From positions 13,020,001 through 13,084,000 of the forward strand of contig NC_073403.1 of assembly GCF_028641065.1 (NCBI RefSeq): DNA of 64,000 nucleotides, read 5' to 3'. This DNA comes from Leucoraja erinacea. Lineage: Eukaryota. The translations under genes and the position numbers were made by a program. Each line of letters opens with the position of its first letter. Positions within the stretch are counted from its first letter, which is position 1. Positions 11,845 through 25,055 of the stretch are shown piece by piece. Below the pieces are notes generated by a model. That model was not told where the DNA came from. It saw only the letters and a program-made list of their open reading frames with translations, and searched no databases.

Positions 11845-12332
11845 ATACGAGATTGATCCCTGGGAAGGCGGGACAGTCATACGAGGAAAGATTGAAAAGA
11901 CTAGGCTTGTATTCACTGGAGTTTAGAAGAATGAGGGGGATCTTATAGAAACATATAAAATTATAAAAGGACTGGACAAGCTAGATGCAGGAAAAATGTT
12001 CCCAATGTTGGGCAAGTCCAGAACCAGGGGCCACAGTCTTAGAATAAAGGGGAGGTCATTTAAGACTGAGGTGAGAAAAAACGTTTTCACCCAGAGAGTT
12101 GTGAATTTATGGAATTCCCTGCCACAGAGGGCAGTGGAGGCCAAGTCACCTGATGGATTTAAGAGAGAGTTAGATAAACCTCTAGGGGCTAGTGGAGTCA
12201 AGGGATATAGGGAGAAGGCAGGCACGGGTTATTGATAGGGGACGATCAGCCATGATCACAACGAATGGCTGTGCTGGCTCGAAGAGCCGAATGGCCTCCC
12301 CCTGCACCTAGTTTCTATGTTTCAATGTTTCT
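11845..12332 (+). mobile_element. CR1 LINE 3' fragment
   Basis: SYEERLKRLGLYSLEFRRMRG..MFPMLGKSRTRGHSLRIKG..FTQRVVNLWNSLPQ and a (tttctatg)n tail. Confidence 0.92.
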
Positions 12333-12679
12333 ATCACAAACCTTCTCTTACATCCTCTCCACCCTTTCATTGCTTTTAAAGCTTGTTGATCTTTTTAAAC
12401 AAAAATCTGACAATGATCAATGGCATCTTTGCTTGGGCTTGCACCCACACAGACCAGCTGGCACTGCATCAAACACCGGAACCAGTTTGTTGCATACATT
12501 TCTTTAAGGGAGCACATACCCAAACCATATTTTTTACATCCTTCCTTTAATGATAAAAATGGACAAAACAAAATCCATTCTCCATGTGCTTTGTATTGGC
12601 AACAAATCTTTCAGATGCTTTTGTCTACCTTTGATTTTCCAGCATCTGCAGTTCCTTCTTAAACACTTTGTCTACTCCA

Positions 12680-12948
12680 CTGGTGGGCGGCGCGGCCTTG
12701 CGTCAGCCGGCGTGGCTTTAATGGCCGCGGGACAATCACCATCGCCAGCCGGGGGCTTTGACTTTGACATCGGGGGGGGGAGTGCAGTGGAGAGATAAGT
12801 TTTTTTGTCTTCCATCACAGCGATGTGATGGATGGTTGTGTAAATTGTGTTGTGTCTCAGGTCTTTTTCGTTTTGTAATGTATGGCTGCAGAAATGACAT
12901 TTCGTTTGGACCTCAACGGGGTCCAAATGACAAATAAATTGTATTGTG
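12680..12948 (+). mobile_element. CpG-rich short retroposon with LINE-like 3' stem-loop and (ttgta)n tail
   Basis: Ends with the hairpin tttggacc..ggtccaaa, then tgacaaataaattgtattgt. Confidence 0.55.
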
Positions 12949-12949
12949 T

Positions 12950-13243
12950 ACTGCGAAATCTCCTCAAGGTATGCCTACTTTGAAGAAGTTCTTCTCCTCC
13001 CTCTGAAGACAGTTTTACAACCTCCTCTCTAACTGCTCCCCCTCTGAGATCCCCCCCTTCCCTCCAACTCTGTCTCCTCCCCTTCTCAGTTCTCCCTCAG
13101 CCCCCTCCTCTTCCTTTTTCCTTTCTTCTCCCTGCCCACCCTACATCAGTCTGAAGAAGGGTTTCGGCCCAAAACGTTGCCTATTTCCTTCGCTCCTTAG
13201 ATGCTGCTGCACCCGCTGAGTTTCTCCAGCACTTTTGTCTACC
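12950..13243 (+). mobile_element. PLE 3' region with CT-rich body and terminal repeat
   Basis: catcagtctgaagaagggtttcggcccaaaacgttgcc...ctccagcacttttgtctacc. Confidence 0.7.
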
Positions 13244-14064
13244 AAGTCTGTCAGATGATTGGTTTAATTGACTGCCCTTCCAGATCTGGTCTTCCACAAC
13301 TGACAGGTGGATTTCACTGCCTTCTGGCACTCTGGTGTTGGTTTGGTGAAATTCATTCCCCTTGTGACTTTAATCCGTGCCAGCAGCAGGTCTCTGGCAC
13401 CTCCATGGAAGCAGTGTTTTCCACCTTATTTTGGCCCCCTCTATTTGCTTTGCTGCACCTTTCTGGTTTCCCTGCACTGCGAAAAACACCTGTACACTCG
13501 GCTTGAGCTGTGCTGTGATTACTTGGGTTGAAGCGTACATTGTGTTCCCTGCTGATGTAGCCTCACCAGTCCCACCTACTGGACTGCATGACTTCCAAAT
13601 ATAGGTGAGAGTTTCCTGATCTACCACATCACAGCTCTCCATTCTTTCCATACACCATTTCAGTACAGCATCACCCAGCCAGTGTCAGTGGAGCCTTGCT
13701 GTACATTAACAACATGGGACATGTTGCTTTAAACCCCCAGGTTGATGGCTTGCTCCATGTGGCCATTACATGTTGCTCCTGGGTCGACTTGAAATGTCAC
13801 TTGCTGTTTTTGCTACAACATCTTGGCAAAAATGCATTCAAAGTGCTTTCCTTTCACAGAACAAACTTCATGTGGCATTCAGTACATTGTGTTCAATTGA
13901 TATGCTGAATCTGACAATGTCTCTATCCCTACTCTGCTTATCACAGCATAGAAAAATATAGCACATAGGAACTTGTACTCAAAGCCTCTTGCAAAAATGG
14001 TCCACTTAGCATTCAGCTCTTCAAGCCTGCTCCTCCATTCAATACAACTATGGCTGATTACTTT

Positions 14065-14350
14065 AGACTTTAGAGATACAGCGCAGAAACAGGCTGGCCC
14101 ACTGAGTCCAAGCCGACTAGCATTCGCCCCATACACAAGCACTATCCATATCACACCAGGGACAATTTACAAAAGCCATTTAATCTAAAAACATGTACAT
14201 CTTTGGAGTGCGGGAGGAAACCGGAGCACCCAGAGGAAACCCACGTGGTTACAGGGAGAACATACAAACTCCATAAAGATAGCACCCGTAACCAGGATCG
14301 AACCCGGGTATCTGGCGCTGAAAGGTAGCAATTCAACCACTGCGCCACCC
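14065..14350 (-). mobile_element. tRNA-derived SINE (V-SINE/HE1-like)
   Basis: Minus strand carries an A box (TGGCGCAGTGG), a B box (GGTTCGATCC), the central ggtttcctc.gggtgctccggtttcctccc domain and a (ctaaag)n tail. Confidence 0.85.
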
Positions 14351-15910
14351 TTTGTCATATATTTCTATTCTCACCTTCTCTGTATATATGCGTTGATTCA
14401 TTTTGTGATGAGCAATCTACCTCCATCTCAAAACATATTCAATAACTTGGTCTCCCCAGCATTCTATGAAAGCAAATTCCCCAGGTTTACCTCTCTCAGA
14501 GCGAAGAAATTTCTCCAAGATCTCAGCCCAACATGTTATATCCCATATTCCAAGTCCATGAACTATCATCATCAGTTGCCCCCTCACCCGCAGCCTGTCT
14601 ATAAATCTATCCGAAAACCATCCAATGAGTTCCTCCATCTTTCTTCTGCACTGTTGAATACAGATCCAGCCAACCTGATCTCTACTTGTATGTCAGAACT
14701 GTCCACCCAGCAATCAACCTGTGAACCTTCACTGCACTTCTCTGTGGTAAGTATATCCTTATTTAGATAAGGACACTAAAGCTACACATAATAATCCAGG
14801 TATGTTCTCACTAAAGCCCTGTATAATTGCAGCTAGATGTCTTTGCTCCTGTGCACAAACCCACCTGCAGTAAATGCCTAGGTACTGGTTGTCTTTTTAG
14901 TTTTTGCTGCATCAGTGAATTAAATTCTATTGTTCCCTTCATTGCATATAGTTTGTTTTTTGTAAATTCACATTTTGTGCTCTTTTCCCCACGCGAGACA
15001 TTTCATTTGCAGCCTCTGAGATTGCCACCCACAATAGGTGCAGCATTTAAACCATTTTGACTGAACTTTCTCTGCTCTGCCTCTTGCCTTGTGTCCACAT
15101 GTACTACCCACTGCTGACCACCCGAAATTTCTGGCCTGACTTTAGATAGCTCTGCAGTATTGTGTACCTAAAATGCACTTTCATCAAGTTAAACTTGACC
15201 CACCTTTTCAATGTTCCCTCAGGCTCGATTCCTGCACTCCACAAATAATCCTGTGGTGTATAACTACTAACTGTCATCAAATGGTGAGCTACTGTTACCT
15301 CAAGAAGCCAACTTCAATAACAATCATCATCCCTTGTATGCAGTTCAGTGGAAGGCCGACCACCTCAATAAAAATGTGTGTCCTTGTGTAGTTCCATATC
15401 AAAGTCCACTTTGGACAGTGTGCTACATGTCCACCCGCCAACTAACACAACCTTCAAAACTGGTTCTCTGCTAATTGTCCTGATTCTGTTCAAAATTATC
15501 AAAGGATTTTTCTTGCTCCTGGTGTGTAAACTCTTTCATTTTAAAATGCGTGTAACAACTTTAATGCCGCTTCAGACGCTCAAATGAGGGGTTTCTGTCA
15601 TGGGACAACTCTCTGCTCTTGTCAAATGCATCAACACCCTAACTTCCATCCAACATGGTTTATCTGCTGTTACAGCTCAATATCTCTAACATCAACCTTT
15701 CTCTTTGTTACCTACTGTAAATACCTACTGTAAATTCTTCAGACAGGTTGCTGCAATTCAAGTGTTATTTATTCCACTGTGCTCCCAAGTGTGTCTCAGT
15801 GCACTGCCAAATATTACCCAAGTTTGGATGATTCGCACAATCTCTTTGGCATTCAGATTTAGATAGAGACTGAGTTGTAGAGTTTATCAACAAGCCCACC
15901 TAACATCTAA

Positions 15911-16230
15911 GGGCGGCACAGTGGCACAGCTGGTAGTGCTGCTGCCTCACAGTGCCAGACACCCGGGGTCAATCCTGACCTCAGATAGTCTGTGTGTGTG
16001 GAGTTTGCACATTCTCACTATGACTGTGTAGGTTTCTTCTGGGTTCTCCAAGTTCCTGCCACATCCCAAAGACAGGTTGTAGGTTAATTGGCTCTCTGTT
16101 AAATCACCCCCAGTGTGCAGGGATCAGTTGAGAATGTGGGATAACACAGTACTAGTGTGAAGGGGAGATTAATGATTGGCGTGGACTCGGTGGGCCAAAG
16201 GGCCTGCTCCCATTCTGTGTCTTTCAATCA
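15911..16230 (+). mobile_element. tRNA-derived SINE (V-SINE/HE1-like)
   Basis: gggcggcacagtggcacagctggtag (A box), ggtcaatcc (B box), central domain, and 3' gggccaaagggcctg. Confidence 0.85.
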
Positions 16231-16666
16231 ATTACTAAGTTGAGCTGCCTGAGAAACAAGGAAGTAGCCAGTGACTAACTAAAATCAAGGGTATTACACA
16301 AAACAAGTTTCAAGTGAGGGCCAACATTCCTCCTGTACAGGGCAACAGGTTCTTTATTTCTAATTCATTTTGTGATCCGAAGAGTTGATGGCAAGGTCAG
16401 CATTTATTATCCTTCCCCAATTTGCTCTTGTAAAGTCAGATGACAATTAACTTCAAGGGGAATCTACAGTTGACCACCCCCAACACTATTACTACTAATA
16501 TAGTTTGCCCATTTCATATGAAGATGCAAGTGCCCAATGGGTAGTAAAAGCTCTATTTGGTGGCATGGCTTGCACCTGAAGCCCTCTTCCTTGCCCTTCT
16601 TGTGGTTAGCTGTGCAGTTGGGAGGTGCTTTTGCACATCGCTCCCATCCGCAGCAGGAATCCTCTT

Positions 16667-16792
16667 GTGTAGGAAGGAACTGCAGATGCTGGTTTAAACC
16701 GAAGATAGACAAAAAGCTGGAGTAACTCAGTGGAACAGTCAGTATCTCTGGAGAGAAGTAATGGGTGACATTTCGGGTCGAGACCCTTCTTT
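16667..16792 (-). mobile_element. PLE terminal-repeat insertion
   Basis: tgtaggaaggaactgcagatgctgg...gagacccttctt flanked by the direct repeat ggaatcctctt. Confidence 0.75.
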
Positions 16793-19700
16793 TCTGGAAT
16801 CCTCTTTTCTAACAGAATAGCACATTACTTCAATTGGTTTCTGTGGGTGTTGGGGTCTGTGGGATGATGAGATGGAAGTATGTAAAATTATGAAAGACAG
16901 ATAGGCAGAATCTTTGCAAGTTTATTTTACACAGAGGGTGGTAGATTCCTGAAACACACTGCCAAGAAACAGATAAAAATGGTGATGTTTGAGGGATTTA
17001 TGTAGACACAGAATTAAAGAACTTTGACCATACGCAGGCAGAGTGCAGTTTAAGTTGGCATTAGGGTCATCACAGATATCATGGGCTGAAGGGCCTGTTT
17101 CTATACTGTACCGTTGTATGTTCAAGATCATAATTGACAAACATATTAAATAGTAGCAGAGCATATTTTAAAAAAAATCAGTAGTTGTTCACCTCAATGT
17201 CTTTAGTTCTTGACTGTGCATTTGAGTAAAATCAGTGATTTTGAAAGATTGAAGTTTGTTAAAGTTTAGCACTGTGTGATGATGAATGACTATACAAATC
17301 TATTGACTGATTGAATCATAACATTTTGCGCAGGCATGTTCCAGAGAGAACCATCGCTCTCGTTTGTACTTCCATCCAGTCACAACAAAGAACCGTGTCA
17401 CCGTGATTAAGCAATTGCCAGAGTCATCTCTGTGATGATATTTCTAACATGAAAATAATCAGATTTCTTCTGGGATATTTTTATTACATACATATTTCTT
17501 AAAATAAAGTTATAATATACAATGTACATAATGAAGATATCTCCATGGGAATTTAGTCAGTAATGGAATAGCTAAAAAAAAAAGCATGGGACCTTGTGCA
17601 AAAGACAACTCCTGTGGAACTATCCCAAATAAAATACAATTTACCCATTTGTCCTTCACGGTTCATTCTCACAAGGACAATGGACTCGTATACTCCAACA
17701 CTTTACAAAATGGCAACCATTCAATTGAGATGTTGTAACAACAACCTTGGTTTCTCTCTCCAGCCTCATTGAACTTTTTTGGTTGCATGAAAAGAACACG
17801 GCAACTGTGCACACATGCTAAATTCACCTCAAATGCTAACTAATTGAGTCTGCCCCTCATAGCTGCCCCATTAAATCAAATCTATTCCACCCTCCCTTGG
17901 CAGTCTCAGGCAATAACCATTCTCCATTAAAATGCTCCCACCTTTGCTCTTTAACAATAACATTTTCTCTAAGCCTCACTATCAGGTCTCCCAACCATCC
18001 TCAACTTAACAACTGATACAGGGACATACATCTATCGGTCTTTAAGACCACCTCTGGTCTGACATCTATCTAGAAAAGCAACGGCAACTCAAAGCTGCAG
18101 TTGCCATTGTTGTTGACCTTCGGCAAAATCAGTAATAAAAGAGCATTTAAAGTGCTGTGAAAGCTAGACCTCCAATAGCTCACCTTCTACTCCCCTGTCT
18201 GAGCCATATCTGCACTCATGTAACCTGCCACCTATAACAAATACTCAAATGCAGCTTTATCTTAGCAGAATGATATACAAACTACTAATCTTGTCCTATG
18301 CACAAGGATGCCATCCAAGAGAATTGCCAGAAGACAGATTGATATGATGTACATACCCGAGAGAGTAAGGACATTATGAATGAATTTTATTATTCCAAAC
18401 AGCAGCCCAGTCAATGTTATAAAGAAAGACAAAGTGCTGGAGTAACTCAGCAGATTAGGCTGCATTTCTGGAGAAAATTGACGTTTTGTACCAGAACCCT
18501 TCTTTAGACATAAAGAACCTGATCTGATCCTATCCATGATATTCAGTCTGGCTCCTATGTGACTCCAACCAAACATTGTGGTTGCCTCTTGCTTGTTCTC
18601 TAAACTGGCCGAGAGAGCAGACATGGGAACTTTAGGAATGGACAGCAAATGCTGGCTATTCCAGTGACGTTTTCACTCTGCGATGGATTGAACGAGTGTA
18701 AGAATTAAAAAAGAAAACTGATCCTATACTTAGAAAGTTATGGGGAAACATTTTTGTATCTTGAAGTAAGAGGTTTCCATGGTTTAACAGATGGCACTGA
18801 TGAGCTATGAGAAGACCACACAGCTCATCCTTTAAGGCAAAAAATGCTTAGGTAAGAAAAAGAGTTACAATTACAACACGAGTCATGCTGAACAAAATCC
18901 AACTTTAGCTGCGAACAAAATATTGCTGCAATAGGATCCATTACACATTGTTTAGGAAGATAATGGTTGATAAAGTCTGTTCTTCTGAGGTCGGTAACAG
19001 ATCAGGAAGTCTTGTTTGAGGGACACAGTTTTCAATGAACAAACACCAGCTATATACATGAATAAGACATCTTCAAAGAATTAGAAGATTCTTTAGAAGT
19101 GATTTCCACCACATGTACCTTTGATGTTGGCAAAATATGATGCATCACTAGGAAGAAAATTTAATGGACTTGAAACATAGAACTAAAAACTGCTCCGAGC
19201 TGTAACGATCCCTTGAAATTGATCAATAAAGTCCATTCCGTATCCTACATTACAAGATGCAGCTTCTTATTCAGTGTGGTTGTGGTCATAATAGGACAAA
19301 GATTATTAACACTGTCTAGCCATTCCGAAACTGTACTCTGTGCAGTCTTAGTCTGCAGTCTTCAAACAGTGCTTTTGTAATCTCACACAGTGCACTGGCT
19401 AATCCAATGCAGCACACTGCATAATTCTATTCAGCAAAAAGGAATGGAGGAACAAAGGAATTCAGTGGGTCAGACAGCATCTGTGGAGGGAAATATTTTT
19501 TTTTTATGATACTGCCTGTAAGGGAAATTCATTTCGTTGTCTCACATTTTTGAATACAATACAATACAAATAGACAGTCGACATTTTGGATGGGAACCAA
19601 TATTTTGGATGGGAACCATATGCAGTATCCCGGTGGGAAGGGATAACATTAGTACTTGTAGTGCTGTATGGGACATTAAATAAACTGAATAATTCAGGCA

Positions 19701-20376
19701 ATAACACCTGAAGAACATTTTAAATATCCCATACACAGACCAATCCCATTGTATTTAAATTACTCATAATCCAGGTCTACCGACATACAATGCTCATATG
19801 GTTTTAATCCCGAAGTGTACTCCAGCTACCAATCCAACTAATCCAAACAATGCACTAGCTAATCCAGAGTCCCTCCACTAAATCCAGAAGGATCAGTGGC
19901 TAAATTTCTATTGTACTTCAAATAACCCTAAATAGTTTACAGTCTATTCCAAGCAGCACTCCTGCTGACCCCGAGAACCCGCATTGATTTTATACAAAAG
20001 TCCATCAGTGAATGTCATAGAGTAACAGTGGGTCATGACCAACACGTCCACGTATCAGAATGCAAGTACTGGAGCATCTAGTGCATTTTTTTTGGCATCA
20101 TTCCATTCTCAGCGATCAGTAATTTTGTCTAAATTCCTCACGTCTCAGATATTATAAGAGTGCAATTACAATGATCATTATTAGCTTGATGACCCCAGCA
20201 TGGATTATCCTGTAGCCAGCGATAGACTCACCTACTCACCTCGTTGTTGTAATAACACAACAGCTGCTGAAGGATTGTACTGGAGCATGTTATAGATTTT
20301 TTAAACTAAATTTAGCAATTTATTAAATTACCTTTTCATTGAGCACAATAAAATATTCCAATTAATTAATATTTAG

Positions 20377-20498
20377 ACACAAATTGCTGGAGTAATTCAG
20401 CGGGACAGACAGCATCTTGATTGTTGCCTGTCCCGCGGAGTTAATTCAGCATTTGGTGTATCTTTGGTTTAAACCAGCATCTGCAGTTCCTTCCTACA
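20377..20498. mobile_element. Palindromic PLE terminal-repeat insertion with deleted centre
   Basis: Inverted arms and a 14-bp TSD taattaatatttag (20363-20376, 20499-20512). Confidence 0.75.
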
Positions 20499-21599
20499 TA
20501 ATTAATATTTAGTTTGTCAATCTACCTATCTGTACGTTTCCCTGCTAATTATTGCATGCATCCCATCGACTGTCCATACCATCAACTGTCTGCCCACCAG
20601 TCCCACTGTCTGCCCAGGTTTGTAGAGATAAAGACAAGACATAGATATGTGGGACTAGCTCAGCGAGTTAACTTGGGCAGCATAGATGAGTTGGGCCATC
20701 TTTCTGTTTCTGTACCAAGACTAAGAATTTCTAAGATTCTCCAAGACTCTCTGACCATTACCTGCTCTGTCCTCTCCTACCCTTCATAGGCAAAGCCCAA
20801 GCAAACACGATGGGAGTAGTTGGTGTGGAGATGCTATCGCTTGTGTGCGATGGTGCACTTTTCAGGAGAAAACAGGAACGGGTAACTGGTTTTGGATGCC
20901 ATTGATCATATTGAAAGACGGTGCTGGCTCTAAGGGCCGAATGGCCTACTCATGCACCTATTTTCCATGTCAAACTGAAATCGTGGTTGTAAAAACGATT
21001 TAGATGAAGAGATGAGGATTTTCGCAGTGTCACAGCTCACATTTCTCAGACAGTGGTTCGTGGGACCTTTGGGCTGAGGACTAATTTTCGTTTGCATTCC
21101 CCGAATCGGTGGCTGCCAATTCAAAGTCCATCGCTGGCCCCGAAGCAACCCGAGGCGGTCGCGAAAGGTTTTGCAAACACGTAACCTTCTCGGCAACCCC
21201 CCTGCACCCTGCTTCTTTTCAGACCTTCAGTAAAATCAACGCCAGCAACCAAACAGTGACCGGAACACAATGAGAGGAGAATCATCAAGTTCACAGTGTA
21301 CTCTGTACATTGTTTACCGTGCACTGTGTTTAAATAATCTGTTGTGCTGCTGCAGGTACGAATTCCATTGTTCGATCTGGGACATATGACAATAAAACAC
21401 TCTGTTCTCTTCAAGTTCGCAGAGATCGCTGTGATCCCACACAGGCAGAACCGCCCCCACCCACCTGCCCTGGTTTCAGAAGATTGATAAAAGGATCGAA
21501 TGAGTTTAAAATACTAATTTTAAATAAATGGTTGTCACTGCTCTGAACGAAATTGCCAGTGACTTCTGCCAGCGAATGTAAACTGAATGAAGTGCAGAA

Positions 21600-22300
21600 A
21601 GTTAAAAGTACACCACAGGACATCAGACAGACTGCGAGACGCATGGAGTGTAAAAGTGTACTCACCGAGACGGTCCAGAGGCAGCTGAGCAGCAGCGCGC
21701 CGGCTGCAGGGCACATTCCCGGGGAGTGGAAGCGGCTCGTCCGGCACAGCGCGGTGCAGGGGAGCTGGGAGCGGCGAGCGGCGGACCCACGCCCGGGGGT
21801 GCGGGCAGACTCGGCGAGGGGCAGCACCTCAGCTCCAACAGTTCAAACCCAGCCTCGCTCATCGGGTTCAGGCTCACGGGCTCTTCCGATGTACAGTGCA
21901 AACAGCAATCTACAACAACTGGGAGAAATACATTTAACCTCACTGGTGTATAGTTGCACTGTGGATGGAAGTGGAGCTCCGGCGCTCGCCAGCCCGTGGG
22001 AGAGAAGGATGGTCTGATCTCTCGCCACCTGCTAATTGCAGTTTCAACACTTCTTGCCCTCACGTTCCGGTTCCCTCCGGAGGCCGCGTCTAATTCCTGC
22101 CCGCATGAACCGAATCTTTAAATAAAAAGGAGGGGAGAAATCAGCATCTTGGGTTTGGTGGGGCACTAGCTCGCCTCAATCCCAGTGACTTGTGGAAGAG
22201 ACGGCGCCAAACACGCCCTCGCCAGTGACGCTATTACAGGACCAGCAATCCCTTTCAGGACGGCTGTCGAAGCTGTTAGAAACATCTCGCGTTAATCGTC
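21600..22300 (-). promoter_or_regulatory. CpG island / probable promoter and 5' UTR of the GPCR gene
   Basis: Strong local GC and CpG enrichment around the start-codon exon, in otherwise CpG-depleted sequence. It is not a recognisable repeat. The TSS was not determined. Confidence 0.65.
21666..21716 (-). CDS. Coding exon 1 (signal peptide, MCPAAGALLLSCLWTVS) of a class B1 secretin-family GPCR, VIPR2/GHRHR-like
   Basis: ATG at 21716 in a G(-3) context, then 51 nt encoding a hydrophobic signal-peptide-like stretch, ending in phase 0 at a consensus donor TCG|GTGAGT. The exon sits in a CpG-rich island and joins in frame to the exon at 421-523. Confidence 0.8.
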
Positions 22301-22325
22301 CTTTTAATCATACTAACATTGAATC

Positions 22326-22740
22326 ATCTCCCTCCTACCTCAATGTCCTCCTCCTATCACCTTTTCCACCCCTCCCCTTTCTCTCTTCCTTCCTCCCCCT
22401 CTCCTCCCCTCTTCAAACCCATTTTCTCCTCCTCCACTCATCACCTTGCCCATTGTATCAATTCCCTTCTTTCTTCCCCCCTTCTCACCCTAACTTCTTC
22501 ATTCCCCTTTCTCCCTCCCGCCACCCCTTCCCTCCAACTTCGTATTGCACTTTCTTCATATCACCCTCTCAGTCCCTTTGTTCTCTCCTCCACCTGTCTT
22601 TCCCCCTGTCTTCCCTTTCTTGCACACCCTCATCTTTCTCTCCCTTCCTCTCCTCATTCCCTCTCCCCTCCTCTCTCATCCCTTTCCCCTCTCCCTCCTC
22701 TCCCCATTCTCCCTCAGGCCTCTTCCTTCACCTCACTCTG
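22326..22740. repeat. Polypyrimidine (CT-rich) low-complexity tract
   Basis: About 400 nt of mostly C and T on the + strand. It explains the S/P/L/F-rich ORFs 22192-22776, 22319-22741 and 22545-22793. Confidence 0.9.
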
Positions 22741-22847
22741 AGAAGCTCCTGCTCACAGACGACAAAGCACAGTTGAGCAGCACTGCCTGTTGACCACTCA
22801 GTCCATCAAGCCTGCCCGTAATTCAACATAAACATGGCCAATCTGCT

Positions 22848-23125
22848 CAAGTCAAGTCAAGTTTATTCGTCACATACACACACGAGATGTGCAGTGAAAT
22901 GAAAAGTGACAATGCTCGCGGACTTTGTGCAAAAAGACAAACAAACAACCAAACAAACTACAAACAGAATGGAACAGAATTACATATTATTTTACATATT
23001 AAATATTGTGGGCGGAAGGAAAAAGGGAAAAAAACAGCACTTTAAAAAATAAGCAGTAGAGAGCTACATTAAAAGTTAGTCCCTGGTGAGATAGCTTACA
23101 GTCCTAATGGCCTCTGGGAAGAAAA
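22848..23125 (-). mobile_element. LINE (Rex1/Babar-like) 3' end with (CTTGA)n tail; second copy at 37956-38295
   Basis: caagtcaagtcaagtttatt.gtcacatacac...gttagtccctggtgaga is nearly identical between the two loci. Confidence 0.75.
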
Positions 23126-23616
23126 AACGTACAAACTCCAGGTTTTCACTCCTGTACTGAGCCAGTAAGTACCTCCAGTGATGTGGCCTCTTTCATTCTT
23201 CTCCCTTCTCTCATCGAGCAGAAGATATAGAAATTTTAAAGTGTGCAGCACCAAACTTGGGAGCAGCTTCTTCCTTTCTGTCATCAGGTTTCTTAATGGT
23301 CCTTCCACAACATAGAGTGCTGTCCAATTCATCTCTACCCCATTGCGGACATTGGACTGTGTCTCTAGAACTGTTGGATTACAATGCTGAGAACTATATT
23401 CTGCATGCTGTATATTTTCCCTTTGCTCCATCATACTTGTGTGTGGCTTGATTGTGCTTCTATATAGTGTGTGATTTAATTGAATAGCCTAAAAACAAAG
23501 GTTTTCATGGTAGCATTGTACACATGACAATAAGACATCTCCACCCAGACAATCTTCCAGGGTAGAAAATTACAGATAATTAACACCTTCTGCAAGAAGA
23601 AATTCCAACGCACCTC

Positions 23617-24440
23617 ATAGAACATAGAACAGTAGAGCACCTTCAGCTCATGATCTCTGTGCTGCACAAGATGGCAAATTGATCTGGTCCCTTCTGCCTA
23701 CACTTGACCCATATCCTTCCATTCCTTGCATATCCATGTGCCTTTCCAAAAGCCTCTTATTACCACTGTTGCATCTGCCCCCACCACCACCCCTGGCAGC
23801 CTGTTGCAGGCTCTTACCACTCTCTGTGAAAAATGTGCCCCACGCACTTTACTTGATGGCACAGTGGTGCAGCGGCAGAGTTGCTCCACTACAGCACCAG
23901 AGACCCGGGTTTCATCCTGACTATGGGTGCTGGTTGTAAGCAGTTTGTTTCTTCTCCCTGCGACTGTGAGTTTTTTTAGGTTCCTCCCACATTCCAAAGA
24001 TTTGCAAGTTTGTAGATTTACCGGCTCCTGTAAATTGTCCCTTGTGTGTTGGGTAGAACTAGTGTATGGGGGAACGCTGGTCGGCATGGACTCAGGTGGG
24101 CCTCTAAATTGCTGTACCTCTAAATGTAAACAAAAATACCTCCTGTACACTTTTCCTCTAATCTTAAAACTTAAGCCCTCCTGTCTATCATTTCATGAGA
24201 AATAGGTTCTGTCTGTCTAGCTTATCTATGCCTCTCATCGTTTTATATATTTATATCAGGACTCCTCATCCTCTGATGTCCCAGAAGAAACAATCCAAGT
24301 TGGCCAACCTTTGCTTATAGCCAATAGCTTCTAAAGCAGGCTGAATCCTAGTAACTTTATTCTGCACCCTGTCTAAACCCTCTCTAAAGCTCTACAAAGC
24401 TGTAATATGACTTCCTGTCTCTTATACTCATTGCCCCATC
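23617..24440 (-). mobile_element. Older CR1 3' fragment with a + strand tRNA-SINE nested at ~23856-24125
   Basis: HFSQRVV.ACNRLPGVVV motif and (atagaac)n tail, interrupted by gatggcacagtggtgcagcggcagag...ggtttcatcctgact. Confidence 0.7.
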
Positions 24441-25055
24441 TGATGAAGCTGAGCATAACATACTGGGAAGCAAGGAACTGCAGATGCTGGAATCTTTAGC
24501 AAAAAATAAAAGTCCACTGAAACTCAGCAGGTCAGGCAGCATCTGTGGAGAGAATATACAGATGACTGATGTCTGAAGTCTAGAGCCCAAGCCGAAACCT
24601 CATTTGTCCATTCCCTTCACAGATGCTGCCTGACCCATTGAGCTCCTGCAGTCTTTTGTTTTTTTTTTACCATGCACCTTCTTTAGCTCTCTATGTGTTT
24701 GTGTTGCTACTTTCAGGCCACAATAGACTTGGACCCCATCAATGGTAACAACATCAATGTTGTTAAAAGTTCTGCCATTGACTGTATACTTGCCCCTTAC
24801 ATTTGACCTCCCAATGTGCAATACTTATACTTCCCTCATTTTTAAATGACTGTCCCCTTGAAACCTTTTCCACTTGTTTGATGAGTGGAAGTACCTCAAT
24901 ATTCTCCATATCAAGCTCCCTTACATTACCTGTTTCAATAAGACCAACCCTTGTGTATTCTTCTAAACCTCATACAGATCTAATGTTTAGGGGATAACAT
25001 TCTTCTTAGTAGTTAGCTTTGTGAGTTTATTTTGATGTTAACAACACATTGTATT

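Noticed and set aside
15911-15985. tRNA gene
   Set aside because: A and B boxes are present but run directly into a SINE body repeated many times in the window; there is no complete cloverleaf.
21411-22063. Overlapping 130-150 aa ORFs on both strands at the CpG island
   Set aside because: GC-rich sequence has few stops. Only the 17-codon segment ending at the GTGAGT donor has splice and homology support.
22192-22793. 194-aa and 140-aa ORFs
   Set aside because: They are translations of a CT low-complexity tract with no protein-like features.
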